A stretch of DNA of 64,000 nt from Pseudomonadota bacterium (GTDB lineage: Bacteria > Pseudomonadota > Gammaproteobacteria > Acidiferrobacterales > UBA6901), in the NCBI GenBank assembly GCA_027364845.1, contig DAHXOO010000008.1, forward strand, positions 121-64,120. Reading direction: 5' to 3'. The stretch's first letter is position 1; each line of letters opens with the position of its first letter. This document shows, in pieces, positions 48,946 to 58,785 of the stretch. Made by a program: the position numbers and the translations under genes. Below the pieces are notes generated by a model. The model was not told the DNA's origin, did no database searches, and saw only the letters and a program-made list of their open reading frames with translations.

Positions 48946-50880
48946 GTGAAAAAAACACTTAAAGTTGTCGGCATCGTGTTCGGGATCTTGATTGTCCTGA
49001 TCATCGTCGGCGCGGTTATCGTGTCGCTGACGTTCAATCCGAACCGTTACAAGGGCGAAATCACGCGTCTCGTGAAGGAACAGACTGGACGCACGCTCAC
49101 CATAGGCGGAAACATCTCGCTCTCTTTCTTTCCCTGGATAGGTGCCGAAGTCAGGTCAGTGTCGCTTTCCAACGCACCCGGGTTCGGCAGCCAGCCGTTT
49201 GCCAAGGTCTCGGAATTGGGCATCAAGGTCAAGCTTTTGCCACTGCTGCGCAAGAAGGTGGAAGTGGACCAGATCATCGTCGACGGCCTCATGCTCAATC
49301 TGGCGAAGGATCGCGCCGGACGTGGAAACTGGCAAGGACTTGCGGGCCAAGGAAAACCTAAGTCTACAGCAGCAGGACCGCCGTCGGTGTCACCGATTGC
49401 AGGTCTGCTCGTCAGCGGTGTCGACGTAAAAAATAGCGAGCTCGTGTGGAACGACGAGCAAAGCGGAAAGCGTTATACGATCCGTAATCTCGACTTCCAG
49501 ACCGGCCAAATTAGTCCCGGGCGCATGACTGACGTGAGCCTCGGCTTCGATCTCAACTCCAGCAGTCCGTCACTCCATACACGCGTGACCCTCAAGGCCC
49601 GGCTTGCCGTCGATCCCGAGAAACAGACGCTGGACTCGCCGTCGGCGTCACTTGAGGCGGCCGGGGTACAAGTCAGACTCATCGACCTTAAAGGCACAAA
49701 GATTCTTGATGCCCCGTCGTTCAGCGGCAAGCTGGATATACCGACCTTCGACGCGCGCGCGCTTTTGGCCCGCCTCGGGATCCAATACGAGCCAAGCGAC
49801 AAGCGTGCCCTAACTAAAGTCGCATTTCGCGGGCCGTTCAGTGCGTCGGCCGCAGCGGTCAGGCTCGGAAATTTCCACCTTGATCTGGATGACAGCGCGC
49901 TGAGCGGTTCATTCGCGCTGGCCAATTTTGCCCACCCCGCTTACCGCTTCAACCTCAGCGTGGACAAATTCGATCTCGATCACTACCTGCCGCGCCCCTC
50001 GACGCCTGCCCCAAAACAGAACACACCGAGCACATCCGGGGCACGGCCGGTTGTGGTTCTGCCACTGGCTGGGTTGCGCACGCTCGACGTAAACGGCATC
50101 GTGCAGGTGCACAAACTCACCGCTACGGGCATCCACTCGAGCGACATCAGTGCCAGTATTCTCGCCAAGAATGGGTTGATCGTGCTGAGTCCGCTACAGG
50201 CGAAACTCTATGGTGGCAGCTACAGAGGCACATTCAGGATCGACGCACGCAGCCGCGTCCCTTCTTTTGCTATGGACGAGAAACTCCAAGGCGTGCAGGT
50301 CGGTCCACTGCTCAGCGACATGCAGGCCTTCAGCCATTTCACGGGAACCGGCAACCTGGCATTCAATCTCGACGCGCACGGACTGACCGCCCAACAAATT
50401 ACTTCGAGCCTTAATGGCCGCGGCTCGTTCTCGCTGCGTAACGGCAAAATAGAAGGGGTAGATTTCCTCAAGATCATCAACCAGACGCGTGCGATCGCTG
50501 AACAGATGCGCGGCAAGTCGGTGGGCGCACAGACCTCCGGCTCCGACAGCACGGTGTTTACCAGCCTTGCTGGAACGGTGCGGGTCGTAAACGGCATCGT
50601 GCGGAACAATGATCTTGTGCTTGATTCTCCAGCGCTCGGTGGGACCGGCAGCGGCAACGCTAACCTGGTGGCGCAGAGCCTGGATTACACGCTCCGCGTG
50701 ACGATAGACCGGGACAATTCGGCGAAACGGATCACGGTACCGGTAGTGATCCGAGGTCCTTTCAGCGCTTTGAGGTACAGCGTCGACTGGAGCGATATTG
50801 TCAAACAGCAGGCGGAGAAGGCGCTAAAGAAAGAACTCAAGAACCAGCTGAATGAGGGCCTGCAACGACTGCTGCGGTAG
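48946..50880 (+). CDS. asmA: AsmA family outer-membrane biogenesis protein
   Basis: N-terminal signal anchor, a long beta-rich body, and an AsmA C-terminal region. GTG at 48946 (GGGGGA RBS); the ATG at 48919 is an alternative start. Confidence 0.8.
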   Translation: MKKTLKVVGIVFGILIVLIIVGAVIVSLTFNPNRYKGEITRLVKEQTGRTLTIGGNISLSFFPWIGAEVRSVSLSNAPGFGSQPFAKVSELGIKVKLLPLLRKKVEVDQIIVDGLMLNLAKDRAGRGNWQGLAGQGKPKSTAAGPPSVSPIAGLLVSGVDVKNSELVWNDEQSGKRYTIRNLDFQTGQISPGRMTDVSLGFDLNSSSPSLHTRVTLKARLAVDPEKQTLDSPSASLEAAGVQVRLIDLKGTKILDAPSFSGKLDIPTFDARALLARLGIQYEPSDKRALTKVAFRGPFSASAAAVRLGNFHLDLDDSALSGSFALANFAHPAYRFNLSVDKFDLDHYLPRPSTPAPKQNTPSTSGARPVVVLPLAGLRTLDVNGIVQVHKLTATGIHSSDISASILAKNGLIVLSPLQAKLYGGSYRGTFRIDARSRVPSFAMDEKLQGVQVGPLLSDMQAFSHFTGTGNLAFNLDAHGLTAQQITSSLNGRGSFSLRNGKIEGVDFLKIINQTRAIAEQMRGKSVGAQTSGSDSTVFTSLAGTVRVVNGIVRNNDLVLDSPALGGTGSGNANLVAQSLDYTLRVTIDRDNSAKRITVPVVIRGPFSALRYSVDWSDIVKQQAEKALKKELKNQLNEGLQRLLR

Positions 50881-51234
50881 TTTGCGCACTTCTAGCGACA
50901 CAACCGGCACCTGCGGTTGGCCGACCGAAGCCATGGCGGGAAATTCCCGTTCTGCACGGGGCAGTGTTCAATTGCGCACCGATGACCGATTACCGGGGGC
51001 CTGGTTGCCTGCTTTTCTGATCAGGACGGGCAGCGTGCTTGCGTTGGCTTCCGTGGGGCTGCGATCGGATCACGTCAGCGCTTGCCTTGGACAGGCTAAA
51101 CTTGTGTTCCGGCAAGCGACGGAATGCAGTTTAAATCGACGTTCGGTGCCAGATGGCTCACCATGCCAAACGATGGCAATCAGCAGGCAGTACGGGGAAT
51201 TGCGCACCAGCATCTCCCCAACAGATCCCGGTTC

Positions 51235-52293
51235 ATGAACGTGGAACAGAACTTAAGCGCGGTCCTTTTGGACTGGTTCGACTGCAATGGACGCAAGGAT
51301 CTTCCGTGGCAGGGGACCCGAGACCCATATGTTATCTGGGTCTCGGAAATCATGCTGCAGCAGACGCAGGTTGCCACGGTGATCCCCTATTTCCGGCGCT
51401 TCCTGGAGCGATTTCCCGATATCCAGACACTGGCATGCGGCTCCATCGACGAGGTCCTGCATCTATGGACTGGCCTTGGCTATTACGCACGGGGGCGCAA
51501 TCTGCACCGCGCGGCTCGGGCCATCGTCGACCAGCATGGAGGGTCTTTTCCGCATGCGTTCGAAGCGGTTTGCGCATTGCCTGGCATCGGACGGTCCACC
51601 GCAGGAGCCATTTTGGCCTTCGCCTACGGACAGCGTCACCCGATTCTGGACGGCAACGTGAAACGGGTGCTGGCGCGCTACCATGGCGTTAACGGCTCGC
51701 CGGGCGCCCGCGCGGTAGAACAGCAGCTTTGGACTCTCTCCGAGAAACATGTGCCACACGCACGCATCGAAGACTACACCCAGGCGATCATGGATCTTGG
51801 TGCGACGGTCTGCCGGCGGACGCGACCCGCCTGTACATCCTGCCCGCTCGGCAGCGGCTGCGTGGCCTGTAAGCAGGGGAATCCGGAGGCCTATCCGGGA
51901 GGGGCACAGCACCGGTTCCTGCCAGTCAAACAGGTCCACATGATCCTGTTACGCGATTGCCAGGACCGGGTTTTGCTGCAGCAACGCCCACCATCCGGAA
52001 TCTGGGGTGGATTATGGGGATTTCCCGAGTGCGGCCCTGGTGACGATGCCGGCACGTGGTGCCGCACCGCCTATGGCTTCGAAATCGCGCTTGATGCACC
52101 GTGGCCAGCACTACGACACCGTTTCACCCACTTCCAGCTCGACATCACGCCCATTCCCGCACGCCTCTTGGGGTCAAGCACGAAGGTCATGGAGATCGCG
52201 AACACAGTTTGGTATAACGTCCATCAACCGGATGCGCGCGGTCTGGCCATGCCGGTCAAGCGATTACTGCAGCAATTGAGGAACCTCTCGTGA
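51235..52293 (+). CDS. mutY: A/G-specific adenine DNA glycosylase
   Basis: HhH-GPD motif (LPGIGRSTAGAI). 4Fe-4S cluster CxxxxxxCxxCxxxxxC. NUDIX-like C-terminal domain. Followed by yggX. Confidence 0.93.
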   Translation: MNVEQNLSAVLLDWFDCNGRKDLPWQGTRDPYVIWVSEIMLQQTQVATVIPYFRRFLERFPDIQTLACGSIDEVLHLWTGLGYYARGRNLHRAARAIVDQHGGSFPHAFEAVCALPGIGRSTAGAILAFAYGQRHPILDGNVKRVLARYHGVNGSPGARAVEQQLWTLSEKHVPHARIEDYTQAIMDLGATVCRRTRPACTSCPLGSGCVACKQGNPEAYPGGAQHRFLPVKQVHMILLRDCQDRVLLQQRPPSGIWGGLWGFPECGPGDDAGTWCRTAYGFEIALDAPWPALRHRFTHFQLDITPIPARLLGSSTKVMEIANTVWYNVHQPDARGLAMPVKRLLQQLRNLS

Positions 52294-52568
52294 CCCGCAT
52301 GGTGAAATGTGTGAAGCTCGGTAAGGAAGCGCCGGGTCTGGATTACCCCACTTACCCAGGGGACCTGGGCAAGAAGGTCTTCGAAAACGTTTCGAAGGAA
52401 GCGTGGCAGCTGTGGCTGAACCATCAGACAATGCTGATCAACGAGTACCGCATCAGCCCGCTTGACCTCAAGGCTCGCAAGTTTATCGAAGGCGAGATGG
52501 ATAAATTCTTTTTCGGTGAAGGTTCGCAGGTACCCGAAGGCTTCCAACCTCCATCCAGCAAAAAGTAG
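52290..52568 (+). CDS. yggX: Fe(2+)-trafficking protein YggX
   Basis: 92 aa, collinear with E. coli YggX (YPGDLGKKVFENVSKEAW..W..HQTMLINE). The GTG start overlaps the mutY stop. Confidence 0.9.
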   Translation: MTRMVKCVKLGKEAPGLDYPTYPGDLGKKVFENVSKEAWQLWLNHQTMLINEYRISPLDLKARKFIEGEMDKFFFGEGSQVPEGFQPPSSKK

Positions 52569-52892
52569 GCCACAGAACGCGCGCGCCGTCAGATCACAGC
52601 TCCGCGAAAACAGGCAGAGCCGTAGTCGACGCAGATCCTTCAAGGAAACCCGCACCACGGTGGACCGCCCCACGGCGCTCGCTACCGGCCTCGACGTAGG
52701 CGGTGTGCTGCCCGCCACGTTGAGCAGTCTTTGTCCGCTTGGCCCTTCTTTCGGAAGTTCATAGATAAGAATATGTTCGTGCGGGCCACCAGTGGCCGAC
52801 TGCGCAGTCCAGGGCGCACCGGGCCGTTGGAAAGTCACGGCCACTGACGGCACGTGGGTCGCGAAAACCAGATGGCAGCACCCGGGGGGATG

Positions 52893-53786
52893 TCAAATAG
52901 ACCGTCCACGCCCCCGCGCCAACCACGGTGCGGTAATGTCATAATGTCCGCGTATACGGTCAGCAAAAGCATGCGCGTCGGCCTTGCTGCCGAAGCCTTT
53001 AATCCGAAGTCGAAAGAAGGTTCTTCCGTTGATGCGAGCGCTGCTCAGCTTCACAGGATAGCCGGCAGTTACAAGGCGACGTTGCATGGGATACAGGTCG
53101 CGTCGCCGTGTTTGGGCAACCAATTGCACAATCCAAACACCATTGGGAACTGTGAGGCCCTGTCCCGACGTGACCTCGGTCTGTGCCGACCAGACCTTGA
53201 GTCTTTGCGGATCGACGGGTCGTACCAGTTCTGGCTGCAAAGCCCGTGGAATCCGAAAAACCGTCATGGGCTTGTCCATGTCCAGCCGTCCTGCCGCAGG
53301 ATTGCGAACGGTGACGTGGCCTCGGATGAGGCAGAAGATCGCGGAATGCCGGCCCACGCGGCCCCAGATATTGCCCCTGCGGATGCGGATGTTAGTCCCT
53401 CCCAGATTCATGCTGACGTCGTGCGGAAGGTAACCCTTGGCCGGCATGGTCGTAAAACTGAACGCACCGCGGCGAACTACCAGCATGATTCGGGACAGCG
53501 TTTTCGATTCGCTGGACATACCGGCCTTGGCGAGCGTAATACGTGCCTGCTCGCCCAGCTTCAGCACGCCACCGTCAGCGAACTGCACCAGGACACGCGC
53601 GGCAATACCGGTACGTATCACCTCATCCTGAGTCAGCACCATGCCGGCTTCTAGTGGCCGCTGCCGGCCATCGCCTTTCACCCATGCTGGCATCTGTAGC
53701 GCCACCACCTCGGCAATGGGCGCGGCAACTGCCGGAAATACCGCTAGGATGCCGACACTCAAGGCGAGCGCTCGAATGCAGTTCAT
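52893..53786 (-). CDS. secreted FecR-domain protein with a C-terminal SPOR domain
   Basis: Signal peptide. FecR-like beta region (VIRTGIAARVLVQFADGGVLKLGEQARI). SPOR-like C-terminus (WIVQLVAQTRRRD...FRLRIKGFGSKADAHAFADRI). Confidence 0.65.
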   Translation of the reverse strand: MNCIRALALSVGILAVFPAVAAPIAEVVALQMPAWVKGDGRQRPLEAGMVLTQDEVIRTGIAARVLVQFADGGVLKLGEQARITLAKAGMSSESKTLSRIMLVVRRGAFSFTTMPAKGYLPHDVSMNLGGTNIRIRRGNIWGRVGRHSAIFCLIRGHVTVRNPAAGRLDMDKPMTVFRIPRALQPELVRPVDPQRLKVWSAQTEVTSGQGLTVPNGVWIVQLVAQTRRRDLYPMQRRLVTAGYPVKLSSARINGRTFFRLRIKGFGSKADAHAFADRIRGHYDITAPWLARGRGRSI

Positions 53787-53850
53787 GACCCATCCCCTTC
53801 AGTCGGTTCGCTCGTGGCCGGTTTACCGCAAAGAACGATCCCTGACAAGT

Positions 53851-53866
53851 GCGACTGCGCAGTCGC
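53851..53866. promoter_or_regulatory. perfect 16-bp palindrome upstream of the FecR/SPOR gene
   Basis: GCGACTGCGCAGTCGC lies 65-80 nt upstream of the start at 53786. The function is unknown (operator or hairpin). Confidence 0.35.
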
Positions 53867-54090
53867 GGCAGCTATCAACGCCGGAGACAGCCGACAGATG
53901 TTATAAAAGAGCGGAATATGTAAGGTCAAGTAGGTGCGAAATCGGTCGGATGCAGAAACAAAACCAGATGAACAGGTGGCCCAGAACCCACATCCGCGGG
54001 ACACAGATGGCAACGCAGCCGCATGGCAGTGGATTGAAATCGCAACGGTGCCTATCCTGCGATAGGCCGCGGCATCCGACCGGGCGGCGG

Positions 54091-55479
54091 CTAAAAACTT
54101 TGCAACTGCTGCTCGGTAGGCTCGGCACAGCAGTACCAGGGCTCGGACATGTGCGGAATCTCCTGTCCGAGACCGCCGGCAGGCAGATCGGGGGTGATTT
54201 CGCCTGAAGCGTCGTGTGCTATGTGCCAAATGCGAGTGAATAGCTCCATCCTCGCCAGCCCGAGACGCTCACCCTCCGCTACCACGGCCTGGATCTCGCG
54301 TTGCAACGCATCGACGCGCTCATCCGGGCTTTTCCACGAATAACTCAGTATACGTGCATCAAAAGAACCGAGTTTTTCACGGAAGCCGGGCAATTCGAGC
54401 AAATAGGAGCCCTCGGGAACTAAAAGACGGATGGCAAGCTGGATCGCTGGTACGCTCTCGACCAACCGCAGCTCGACAAGGCGCCGCAGCAGATCAAGAT
54501 AGCCTTGCAAGGTGGTCCACGGCGTAAAGGGGACGAAGGTTGGCGCGAACGCGATGCCGGCAGCACGCACCAGCGCTACCACATTATTGAAATCGTGGCT
54601 CGTGTGATTCTTGGCTAGATATTCCAGAATCCTGTCGTCGACCGATTCCGCCGCACTCGTAATGAAAAGACAGCCCGTTTCCTTGAGCACCGGTATAAGC
54701 TCAGCGTGCTCAATCAGATGCTGAATTTTGATCGTGATGTCGTAGGTGATCTGCGGAAACTCGGTATGCAACGCCCGCACAATTCTAAGCGCATGGGTCG
54801 GACCGTTGAAAAAATCCGGGTCTCCAAACGAAATGTGCTGCGCGCCCGCCGCGATCTGCTGGCGCGTATCTGCCATCACCATGTCAGCCGGCACGATTCG
54901 AAAACGTCCTTCGTACACGGGGACCACCGGACAGTGGCGGCACAGATGCTTGCAACCGCGGCTCGCATCGACAAACCCGACCATCCTATTGCCGGCACCC
55001 GGAACCCGGATATGGGCATAACGGCCTAGCGGCGGCAGTCCAGCGCGGTCAGGCAGGAGGAATTCAATTTTGGAAAGATTCACCACCGGTTCCGACTGGA
55101 TTCGGCCGTCTCCGGCTCTAATCCGCTGCACCAGGGATTTTAGCCCCGGCTCAAATTCTCCTCCGAAGATCGCATCCACTCCCAGTGCACGCAGGAAATC
55201 CGCGTTCATTGGCGCATAGAGGCCGTAAACACACAGACGTGCCTGGGGCGCCATTGCACGAATACGCGGGATCGCTTGCGTGGCGATGCGCGTGGCAGTG
55301 TGCATACCGACATAGATTGCGACTAATTCCGCGTCGGCGATTACGGCAGCATCGAGCTTCTGTAACGACAGGTCAAGGCAGTGTACCGTACAACCCTCGC
55401 GCGCAAGCCAAGCAGCGGGGTGCGCCAGACCGAATGGCTGGCGGCCGAGTTCGTAAGGACTGATCAGGACAACTTTCAT
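54091..55479 (-). CDS. B12-binding-domain-like radical SAM protein with a C-terminal CCAEP tail
   Basis: CKHLCRHC (CX3CX2C) cluster motif. N-terminal Rossmann-like domain. The C-terminus ...EPWYCCAEPTEQQLQSF matches what I recall as the CUAEP/CCAEP-tail radical SAM family. Confidence 0.75.
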   Translation of the reverse strand: MKVVLISPYELGRQPFGLAHPAAWLAREGCTVHCLDLSLQKLDAAVIADAELVAIYVGMHTATRIATQAIPRIRAMAPQARLCVYGLYAPMNADFLRALGVDAIFGGEFEPGLKSLVQRIRAGDGRIQSEPVVNLSKIEFLLPDRAGLPPLGRYAHIRVPGAGNRMVGFVDASRGCKHLCRHCPVVPVYEGRFRIVPADMVMADTRQQIAAGAQHISFGDPDFFNGPTHALRIVRALHTEFPQITYDITIKIQHLIEHAELIPVLKETGCLFITSAAESVDDRILEYLAKNHTSHDFNNVVALVRAAGIAFAPTFVPFTPWTTLQGYLDLLRRLVELRLVESVPAIQLAIRLLVPEGSYLLELPGFREKLGSFDARILSYSWKSPDERVDALQREIQAVVAEGERLGLARMELFTRIWHIAHDASGEITPDLPAGGLGQEIPHMSEPWYCCAEPTEQQLQSF

Positions 55480-55998
55480 TTCCCTAAAAAGAACCGAAGC
55501 AGACTACGAACAAGGGAATGCGTGGGGGCAACAGCGAGCAACACAGGCTTGCCACATGCGCTGCCATTGTAACTCGATATGGGCGAGACCAGCTATTGCG
55601 GTGTTGACAATTAACCGGATCAATCACACGGATACTACACTGTCCCCACCATCGGCTCCTGCGGGCGATCCATTCGAAGTTTTACGGAGACCACAAGGAG
55701 ATCGGCTGCGCCGCAGTCTTTCGCAGCAGGTATCGGTGACATCGTCAACTGCCCGGGATCAGACCCTATGGCCGGCACCTTGGTAAGTTTGCGCCCACGA
55801 CAAGTGGGGGGGGGTGGGAGAGATTCCGTGTACTAGCTACCGACAAAGTCCGAAAGTTCTTCGCTGCGTCAGATTGGAGTGTCCATCGGACTGGGGGCGG
55901 CAAATCGGCAATGACCGGACAAACCGTACGCACGTTGGCAGTAGACCCCTGGTGGACATTTGTAGCGGTAGCGTTACAAACGGGCAAAAGCCAGCTTT

Positions 55999-56027
55999 TT
56001 TACAATCTCAGGGGAGTTCACTATAAT
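55999..56027 (+). promoter_or_regulatory. sigma-70 promoter of tRNA-Phe
   Basis: TTTACA-17 nt-TATAAT followed by a GC-rich discriminator (GCGCC). It lies 18 nt before the mature tRNA 5' end. Confidence 0.7.
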
Positions 56028-56044
56028 GCGCCGATTGTTGCCTA

Positions 56045-56120
<76 letters not shown>

Positions 56121-56243
56121 AACTTCTAATTATTATCAATAGGCTACAGAACACTCTGCTGACCCTCTTGTAGCCACACCGCTTTACGCCATAGCCTTGC
56201 CATTGTTAGCCACGGCATGGGAAGGCAAGTGGTGAAGTGGCCT

Positions 56244-56360
56244 CTACGCCACGGACCTCAAGAACGCTGGCATTTCTGCCGATTTGATTTTCCTCGCATA
56301 CTCATTCGGCGACAAGTAGCCGAGCGAGGAATACAGGCGAACGGGGTTGTAAAATCCATA
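56244..56360 (-). pseudogene. IS3-family transposase C-terminal fragment
   Basis: The reverse strand reads FYNPVRLYSSLGYLSPNEYARK, the conserved IS3 OrfB C-terminus (FYN..R.HS.LGY.SP.E), with nothing upstream of it. Confidence 0.65.
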
Positions 56361-56380
56361 GCGAATCCGCTGTCCTAAAC

Positions 56381-57304
56381 CTACTTATCAGCTTGTTCTA
56401 ATTGCCCAACCTTTCCGGGTATCTCAGCCACCAGAGCATCGATTGCGGCTCGAGTTTTGCTCGGCAAGTAATGCGACTGCGCCCACACGACACTGATTTC
56501 TGTCGCAAGCGTATTGTTGCAGTCCAGCACCAACTCCAACTCGCCTGCCCGGGCATGTTTTGCCATTAACCAGCAGGGTAGCCACGCCAACCCCACTCCC
56601 GCTACGGCAGCATCGGTGATCGCTTGTAAGTCATCGAACACGAGGCGGTTATCAACTTGGGGTTTGAGAACCTGACCTTCACTATTTCGTACGCTCCACG
56701 ATTCGATTCGACCTGCGCGCCCATAAGCGATGCCAACATGGTTGGACAGCTCATCAACGCTAGCTGGTTTTCCGTGTTCGGCTAAGTAAGAGGGGGAGGC
56801 GCAGATGACCATTCGTTGGGTACCCAATCGTCGCGCGACCAATGTGCTGCTATCAGGCAAGGTGCCTATACGGACTGCCAGGTCATACCCTTCATCCACC
56901 AGATCGACGACACTGTCGTTAAAGGACATTTCTATCGCCAGTCGCGGATATTGGCGTCCCAGTGCAAGCAATACCGGTGCAGCGCAATGGCGACCAAATA
57001 ACACGGGAACACTAACGCGCAAGCGTCCTATGGGTCCACTCTTGCCGCTATCGAGTGCCAATGCGCCTGCGTCCAGCTCCGCCAATGCTCGCACACAGCG
57101 CTCGTAATAAACCTGGCCATCTTCAGTCAGGCTCTGGCTGCGCGTAGTCCTTTGGAATAGCCGCACGCCCAGGCGCTGCTCCAGTCGCGCAATACTCTTG
57201 CCCACCGCCGATCGGGTTAGTCGCATGCGCTCTGCTGCCAGCGCAAAGCTGCCAGCCTCCGCTGCTTCGACGAAAGCACTAATGCCTTTCAATCGATCAC
57301 TCAT
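56381..57304 (-). CDS. LysR-family transcriptional regulator
   Basis: N-terminal wHTH (FVEAAEAGSFALAAERMRLTRSAVGKSIARLEQRLGVRLFQRTTR) plus a LysR substrate-binding domain. Divergent from the oxidoreductase gene. Confidence 0.9.
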   Translation of the reverse strand: MSDRLKGISAFVEAAEAGSFALAAERMRLTRSAVGKSIARLEQRLGVRLFQRTTRSQSLTEDGQVYYERCVRALAELDAGALALDSGKSGPIGRLRVSVPVLFGRHCAAPVLLALGRQYPRLAIEMSFNDSVVDLVDEGYDLAVRIGTLPDSSTLVARRLGTQRMVICASPSYLAEHGKPASVDELSNHVGIAYGRAGRIESWSVRNSEGQVLKPQVDNRLVFDDLQAITDAAVAGVGLAWLPCWLMAKHARAGELELVLDCNNTLATEISVVWAQSHYLPSKTRAAIDALVAEIPGKVGQLEQADK

Positions 57305-57474
57305 AATATTGGTTCCTACTTGGCTACACACTGGTTAATTATTTCCGCCACTGCGGACAATTTGGCTCCTATATGATAGCAGCCAATATCGACATGAGCG
57401 CTACAACAATACTGATCGCCTCATTGGCTATCTCTGCAAGCACAGAGGCTTTGTTAACTGAATAGGAGAATCAA

Positions 57475-58497
57475 ATGCAGGCTTACCAGATCAAGGCGGG
57501 ACAACAGATTACCGGGCTGAAACGGGTTCAACGCAGTATTTCTGCACCTGCTGCACACGAAGTACACATACGCATCCACGCCGTATCGCTCAATTATCGC
57601 GACTTGATGATAGCGGACGGCAAATATCTCAGCACAGGTGATGTCTCCGTGATCCCCTGTTCTGATGGCGCAGGCGAGGTCTTAGCTGTCGGTGATGACG
57701 TGACGCGCTTTCATGTCGGCGACCGTGTTGCAGCATCGTTTTTCCCAGATTGGGTCAATGGCGCACCGACCCCGCAAAACACGGCAAGTGCACTCGGTGC
57801 TGCCGTGGACGGAATGTTGGCCGAAGAAGTTGTTTTGCATGAAAACGCCCTGGTCTCGATACCGGCGCATCTCTCCTATGTTGAAGCTTCCACCATACCT
57901 TGCGCCGGGGTCACTGCATGGAATTCACTGTTCGTCGAAGGTGGCCTCAGGGCTGGGGATAGCGTGCTGCTGCTGGGCACCGGCGGTGTGTCGATCTGGG
58001 CTCTGCAGTTAGCCAAAGCTGCGGGTCTGCTTACAATCATTACTTCATCGAGCGATAAAAAGCTGGAGCGCGCGCACAACCTGGGTGCGGCAGCGACGAT
58101 CAATTACAAGAACACGCCCGAGTGGCAGGACGAGGTTTTGCAGCTGACTGACGGGCAAGGCGTTGACCTTGTACTGGAAGTCGGCGGCCAGAGTACACTG
58201 ACACGTTCAATTGCGAGTACCAAGATGGGCGGTACGGTTGCTATTATCGGCGGCGTCAGCGGCTTTGGCTTCGGCGGCGAGCTTAATCCTTTCGCACTGA
58301 TCGGTGGCGCTAAACGCTTGTCAGGCATCTTCGTCGGCAGCCGCAACATGTTCGAAGACCTCAACAGGTTTTTAAGTGTGGTCGAAATACATCCTGTCAT
58401 TGATCGCATCTATCCTTTCCAGCAGGGGCACGAAGCCTATGAACATCTAAAAAGAGCAGGCCACTTTGGCAAGGTCGTGATTGAAGTAAGAAAATAA
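57475..58497 (+). CDS. NADPH:quinone oxidoreductase / zinc-type alcohol dehydrogenase-like (MDR) protein
   Basis: 340 aa. MDR fold with the GTGGVS cofactor loop and an N-terminal GroES-like domain. Confidence 0.85.
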   Translation: MQAYQIKAGQQITGLKRVQRSISAPAAHEVHIRIHAVSLNYRDLMIADGKYLSTGDVSVIPCSDGAGEVLAVGDDVTRFHVGDRVAASFFPDWVNGAPTPQNTASALGAAVDGMLAEEVVLHENALVSIPAHLSYVEASTIPCAGVTAWNSLFVEGGLRAGDSVLLLGTGGVSIWALQLAKAAGLLTIITSSSDKKLERAHNLGAAATINYKNTPEWQDEVLQLTDGQGVDLVLEVGGQSTLTRSIASTKMGGTVAIIGGVSGFGFGGELNPFALIGGAKRLSGIFVGSRNMFEDLNRFLSVVEIHPVIDRIYPFQQGHEAYEHLKRAGHFGKVVIEVRK

Positions 58498-58785
58498 GTC
58501 GAGGACGCAAGTGAACTATAGCTAGCTAAGGTGATTGCGCCCCCTTTTCACTGACTCACAATCTGGGTACGAATTGTGACCAACTTGCTCGGCAAGTGGC
58601 TTCAATTGAACGAGCCCGTTGGTCCATTTGAGGAGATTCACTCCAGAAGCGGGTTAGTTCTGGATGGACGTCAACACCGAACTGAGGCGACGTCCGAGCA
58701 GCTTGTACGCTCTCGGGTGGCTCGTGACTACTTCGCAGGTCAGAAAGTGGGCGATAAACCAGGTGACGATGTAGACTTGCGCGAT

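Noticed and set aside
54091-54150. Selenocysteine recoding in the CCAEP tail of the radical SAM protein.
   Set aside because: The relevant codons are TGC TGT. There is no in-frame TGA and therefore no need for a SECIS element.
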